Below, one piece after another: positions 60,286-64,000 of a stretch of 64,000 nucleotides of DNA. Each line of letters opens with the position of its first letter. Positions within the stretch are counted from its first letter, which is position 1. The translations under genes were made by a program, and so were the position numbers. Location of the stretch: contig CAKKNE010000006.1 of assembly GCA_918797485.1 (NCBI GenBank), positions 3,162,001-3,226,000 of the forward strand, in the 5' to 3' direction. The DNA comes from Pelagomonas calceolata (taxonomy: Eukaryota). Under the pieces are notes generated by a model. That model made no database searches and was not told the origin of the DNA. It saw nothing but the letters and a program-made list of their open reading frames with translations.

Positions 60286-61380
60286 ATGTCCGGCCCCCGC
60301 TCGGAACCGGCCTTCGGCGTCGGCGCGTGCGCCTCCGTGCAACAAAGGTACGAAAGGCGAGACCGCGTCGGCGAGGGCACGTACGGCGTCATCTATCGGG
60401 CCTGGGACCGGCAACTACAGAGAGTTGTGGCCCTCAAAAGATTACTGCCCCACAACGAGGCGCAGGACGGCTTTCCCTTGACGTCCCTGCGGGAGGTCTC
60501 GACTTTACGACTGTTGCGGGGCCACGCGAACGTCGTTACCTTCCTGGACGTCGCTGTTGGTGCTAGAAGGGACGCGGTGTTTTTATCACTGGAGTTTGCG
60601 GAGCATGGAGATTTAGGCTCGTTGCTCGACGACCGAGCCATACGGAAGGGGCGGAAGAGGTTGTTTGACATTTCTCAAACCAAATGTTTAACAAGGCAAT
60701 TGCTCCTAGCATTGCGGCACTGCCACGAGCGCTACGTGTGCCACCGGGACGTAAAAGTGGCCAATCTACTGTACACGGCGGAGGGGCGCTTGAAGCTCTG
60801 CGACTTCGGCCTGGCGCGCATCATACCTTCCATTGATAGAGCGTTAACTCAAAATGTCGTGACGCTGTGGTATCGCGCGCCCGAGGTGTTGCTGCGATCG
60901 CCGTCCTATGCCCACCCCATCGACTGCTGGGCGGCGGGCTGCGTCATCGCCGAGATCTTTCGGGACGGGCGGCCTTTAGCGCCTGGTAGCACTCCGCAAC
61001 AGCAGTGGACGAAAATATTGGACGCGATCGGCGCGCCTTCGTCCGACGTGTGGCCCGGGTGTACCGAGCTTCCTGGTTTCGACGGTTCTGTGGCGTCTCT
61101 ACCTCTACCAGTAGGTAGCTTCGCGAGGGCGTCGAAACTCAATGTTTTGGTACCGGACGCGTCGTCCCAGGCGCTGGACTTGTTGTCCGGGCTGCTGTGC
61201 TACGACCCTAGGAGGCGGGACACGGCGTCGGAAGCACTAGCGTCGGCGTGGTTCGACGAGGCGCCGCGCAGTGCGCCGCTCCACGGCATGCCGACGTTTA
61301 ACATCGAGGAGACGACCGGCCGGAAGCGCGCGCCTCCTTCCAAAGCTCCCGAGGCGTCCGCCAAAAGGCGGCGGGCCTAA
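60286..61380 (+). CDS. Cyclin-dependent kinase, CDK10/CDK11 (PITSLRE-like) group
   Basis: GEGTYGVIY, VALK, FPLTSLRE, HRDVKVANLL, DFGLAR, VVTLWYRAPE. Confidence 0.93.
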   Translation: MSGPRSEPAFGVGACASVQQRYERRDRVGEGTYGVIYRAWDRQLQRVVALKRLLPHNEAQDGFPLTSLREVSTLRLLRGHANVVTFLDVAVGARRDAVFLSLEFAEHGDLGSLLDDRAIRKGRKRLFDISQTKCLTRQLLLALRHCHERYVCHRDVKVANLLYTAEGRLKLCDFGLARIIPSIDRALTQNVVTLWYRAPEVLLRSPSYAHPIDCWAAGCVIAEIFRDGRPLAPGSTPQQQWTKILDAIGAPSSDVWPGCTELPGFDGSVASLPLPVGSFARASKLNVLVPDASSQALDLLSGLLCYDPRRRDTASEALASAWFDEAPRSAPLHGMPTFNIEETTGRKRAPPSKAPEASAKRRRA

Positions 61381-61647
61381 GTTCGTGTTGTTGTTGTATC
61401 CTGTCGCGGCGAGGGCGTCGGCGACAGGCTCAGGCTCAGGCTAGTTACGTCGCAGGGTTCCCCTCCCCTCCCGCTCCCCCCGGGCCCACCCGTCTGGCTG
61501 GACTAGGGAGTCGATGTTACGGTGCTAGTACTAGTGGGCGGAGCCCCTGGGGGGCTAGACTAGGACGGATTGGCTGAGGCTGAGGCTAGTTACGTCGCAG
61601 GGTTCCCCGTACCCCGATTGGGCCCTAGTGACTTACAGCAGCTAGCA

Positions 61648-62366
61648 AGCCCCAGCGGCCTGGCTAGTGGGTTCGACAGCCCTGAGGAACACCCGCACTC
61701 AGTTTTTTTAGGGTTTTTAGCCCGTAGCTCGACGCGCGGGCAACCGCGTGCAACAAACTCACTCACAAAGAAAGGCCATAATAGCCTATCGACACGCGGC
61801 AAAAGACGCGGCAGCGATTGGGCTGCGTCTCGCAGAGAAAACGGACAAAAACCATGAAAAATGACACTCGACAGCCTTTGGCTGCCCCGTATCGCGCCGA
61901 TCGGGCCACCGCAGCGTCGGGTATCGTAGTACGTATAGCCTTCGACGATCTGAGACAAAAAGCAGCGGCAGCGGCCCATGGGATGTCGGCCTATGTGTGG
62001 TCCGCATTCTCGACGTGAACGCGCGTCGGGCTGAAAACGCCACCAATGAAGGCGAGATTTGGCTCGGGCCTTCCCAGCCACCGCGTCGGGCATCTCAGAC
62101 GGTCCCAGGGGATTCTAGCCCCCCGGACGCCCCAAACGAGCGTATCGGGGCAGCCTAGAGGGAATACAACGATTTTTGTCAATATTGGGCGGCTGCCGGC
62201 GCTTTTTGCGCAAGGCGGCCTTAAATAAGCTTTTTGGTCGATAGACACAAAAAGCGCCGGCTGCCAACACCCTCAGACTGCCGAATCGGCCAAAATTGGC
62301 CTCTCCAAAACCCGAAAAGCCGTGCGGGTTGGGGCTGTCGAACCTACTAGCCAGGCCGGCGGGGCT
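61648..62366. mobile_element. Second MITE-like element
   Basis: ggcctggctagtgggttcgacagccc...acccgcac at 61648-61718 is inverted at 62305-62366. Confidence 0.7.
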
Positions 62367-62565
62367 CGATTTGGGATTCGGGTCCACAGGGTCTCTCGGC
62401 GGCCTATCTACTCGGACAAAGGACCCGAAGACGCGAGGAGGAAGCGACCAGAGACCCGGAGGCCACCGGCAGCCCAACTCCTTCACCAGAAGACCGGGGG
62501 CAGCTCTCCCACCCAAGCACAAGCTGTGCTAAGGACCAGGACTAGCCCCCCCCGTCGCAAGCAAA

Positions 62566-63036
62566 ATGTCCAGCTTCGCCCTGCCGCGGCGCGCGACGTT
62601 GACAAGAAGGCCGCTCGTCGCCGCCGTCGCGGCCGCCGCCCTGTGCCTCGCGCTCGTCGCCGTCGCCGCGACCCACGACGAGGCGAGCGTAGCAAAGCGA
62701 CCGGCCCTCGCGCGGCAGCAGTCTGGACCGTTCGGCGACGTTTCTCGGACAATCTGGGCCTCGGACAAGTACCGCGGAGATCTGGGGCGGTCCCTCTTCC
62801 TCACTATCTTCGGACCCGGAGTGATAATAGCGGTCCTCGTCGGGGCGCGGTGCCGGGACCCGCCCCGGCGGCGGCGGAAGAACGTGCCCGTCGCGCACGC
62901 GAGATACGACGGCGAGGCCGAGGCGGTCGTCGCCGATGCGAGTGATGACGACGAGCTTGATTTATTGCCGGCGGCGCGGCCCGTCCACCGGAACCCCTTC
63001 GGTTCGCCGGGGCGACCACAATCCCGCGAGGTGTAA
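62566..63036 (+). CDS. Small membrane protein of unknown function
   Basis: 156-aa ORF with two hydrophobic segments, convergent with the next gene. Confidence 0.55.
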   Translation: MSSFALPRRATLTRRPLVAAVAAAALCLALVAVAATHDEASVAKRPALARQQSGPFGDVSRTIWASDKYRGDLGRSLFLTIFGPGVIIAVLVGARCRDPPRRRRKNVPVAHARYDGEAEAVVADASDDDELDLLPAARPVHRNPFGSPGRPQSREV

Positions 63037-63048
63037 CCCTACTTGTGT

Positions 63049-63541
63049 TTAGATCGCGAGCGCGCTGCCCGCCTTGGTGGCGGTGGAGATGAAATACTCC
63101 CGCGAGAACGTCGACGCCGCGAAGGCGTCGCTCGCGCCGGGCGCGACGCCTACCGCCGTGACGCTCGCCAGGCTCTCGACGGGCGCGTTTGTTTTTATGT
63201 GGATGACGTTGTAGTCGCTCTTCGCGCCGTCGATGAGTGCGATTTCCACCGAAGGCAGCGTGCCGTGCTCGTAGAAGACCACTGCCGCGTCGAAGGACTT
63301 CGCTAATTTCACGTATTGACAGATGCCCGTGTAGAAGCGCTTGATCCGCTCGCCCGTACCTCCCGACATTTCTCTTATGAGTTCGCTGCGTCCGCCGTTG
63401 GATTTGTACTTGTATGCTGGCACGGTCTTCCGAGGCTCGAAAAACGCGAACTCGTGCGCCGGCGACCGGCGTTTCACTCCAATGCAGGAAGAGGGTCCCT
63501 TGAGAAGCTGCACTAAACGTCAGATAACAACCTTTTGCCAT
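63049..63541 (-). pseudogene. IMP2 (immune mapped protein 2)-like gene with an apparent frameshift near 63451-63456
   Basis: MAKGCYLTF...LFLHWSETPVAGA in one frame continues as FAFFEPRKTVPAYKYKSNGGRSEL in another; family assignment from memory only. Confidence 0.5.
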
Positions 63542-63731
63542 GTCTGGTCCGTTTACAAGCGCTAGAGTGGTCAATAAATCACTGGTTGTGAATTGTCGAT
63601 TTTTGACGCGTGTTCCGCCGTGCCGGCTGATTTTCCGCCGATCTTTGGATGTCCCAGGTTCGCCTGGTTCCGCTTATGCCGCCAAGCAACGCCCGCTCGT
63701 CAAGCTTATAGGTCGGCAAAGCAAAGCGAGT

Positions 63732-63754
63732 GCTAGCGGTGGTAAGACACTAGC
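63732..63754 (+). promoter_or_regulatory. Double-CTAG upstream motif
   Basis: gctagcggtggtaagacactagc upstream of the 63541 ATG and of a + strand ATG at 63963. Confidence 0.65.
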
Positions 63755-64000
63755 AAGTCAGCAGCCGCGGCCAAAAGACAGGATAGAGGGGTGTATCACT
63801 GCATCCGTGATTCAAGTCACCAGGGATCTCTACAGAGACCATCTACGACAGCTGTGACCAAACGCGCTGCGTCGCGTGCGTCAAAAGCGAGCATCTCTGA
63901 AAGCGCCGGCCGCCAGACGCCATCGCAGCCAATTACGCCATCGCCGCGACGCATCTGTGACAATGGCCGCGACGGTAGCCGCCTCCGAAGCAAGACGCGT

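Noticed and set aside
61700..61725. Telomere-like TTAGGG
   Set aside because: Single occurrence inside a MITE terminal repeat, not an array

Overview
GC-rich, very gene-dense eukaryotic nuclear DNA, most consistent with a pelagophyte alga (Pelagomonas/Aureococcus-like). That assignment is an inference from a plastid-type light-harvesting gene, mostly single-exon genes, short introner-type introns and a selenoprotein. About 35 protein-coding genes are supportable. Highlights: (1) three small conserved ORFs (DPH3, NOP10, a LYR-motif protein) whose stop codons overlap the ATG of a long downstream gene (ATGA/TGATG), suggesting bicistronic, translationally coupled nuclear loci; (2) a tandem pair of caspase-like CHAT protease + STAND-type NTPase genes, one with a Macro domain and a SHOCT-like tail, resembling an NLR-like defence or cell-death module; (3) a DsbA/FrnE-family selenoprotein with an in-frame TGA (UPFC) and a 3'UTR SECIS-like hairpin, missed by the ORF track; (4) nine short introns, four with GC donors, several with 8-bp target-site duplications and terminal inverted repeats; (5) a recurrent double-CTAG motif (GCTAGC-N-GTAAGACACTAG) upstream of many genes; (6) a ubiquilin with no UBA domain that ends in a p97-like DDDDIYG tail; (7) MITE-like elements and dispersed repeats. 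No rRNA, tRNA or CRISPR array was seen. All calls are from manual reading, with no database searches.
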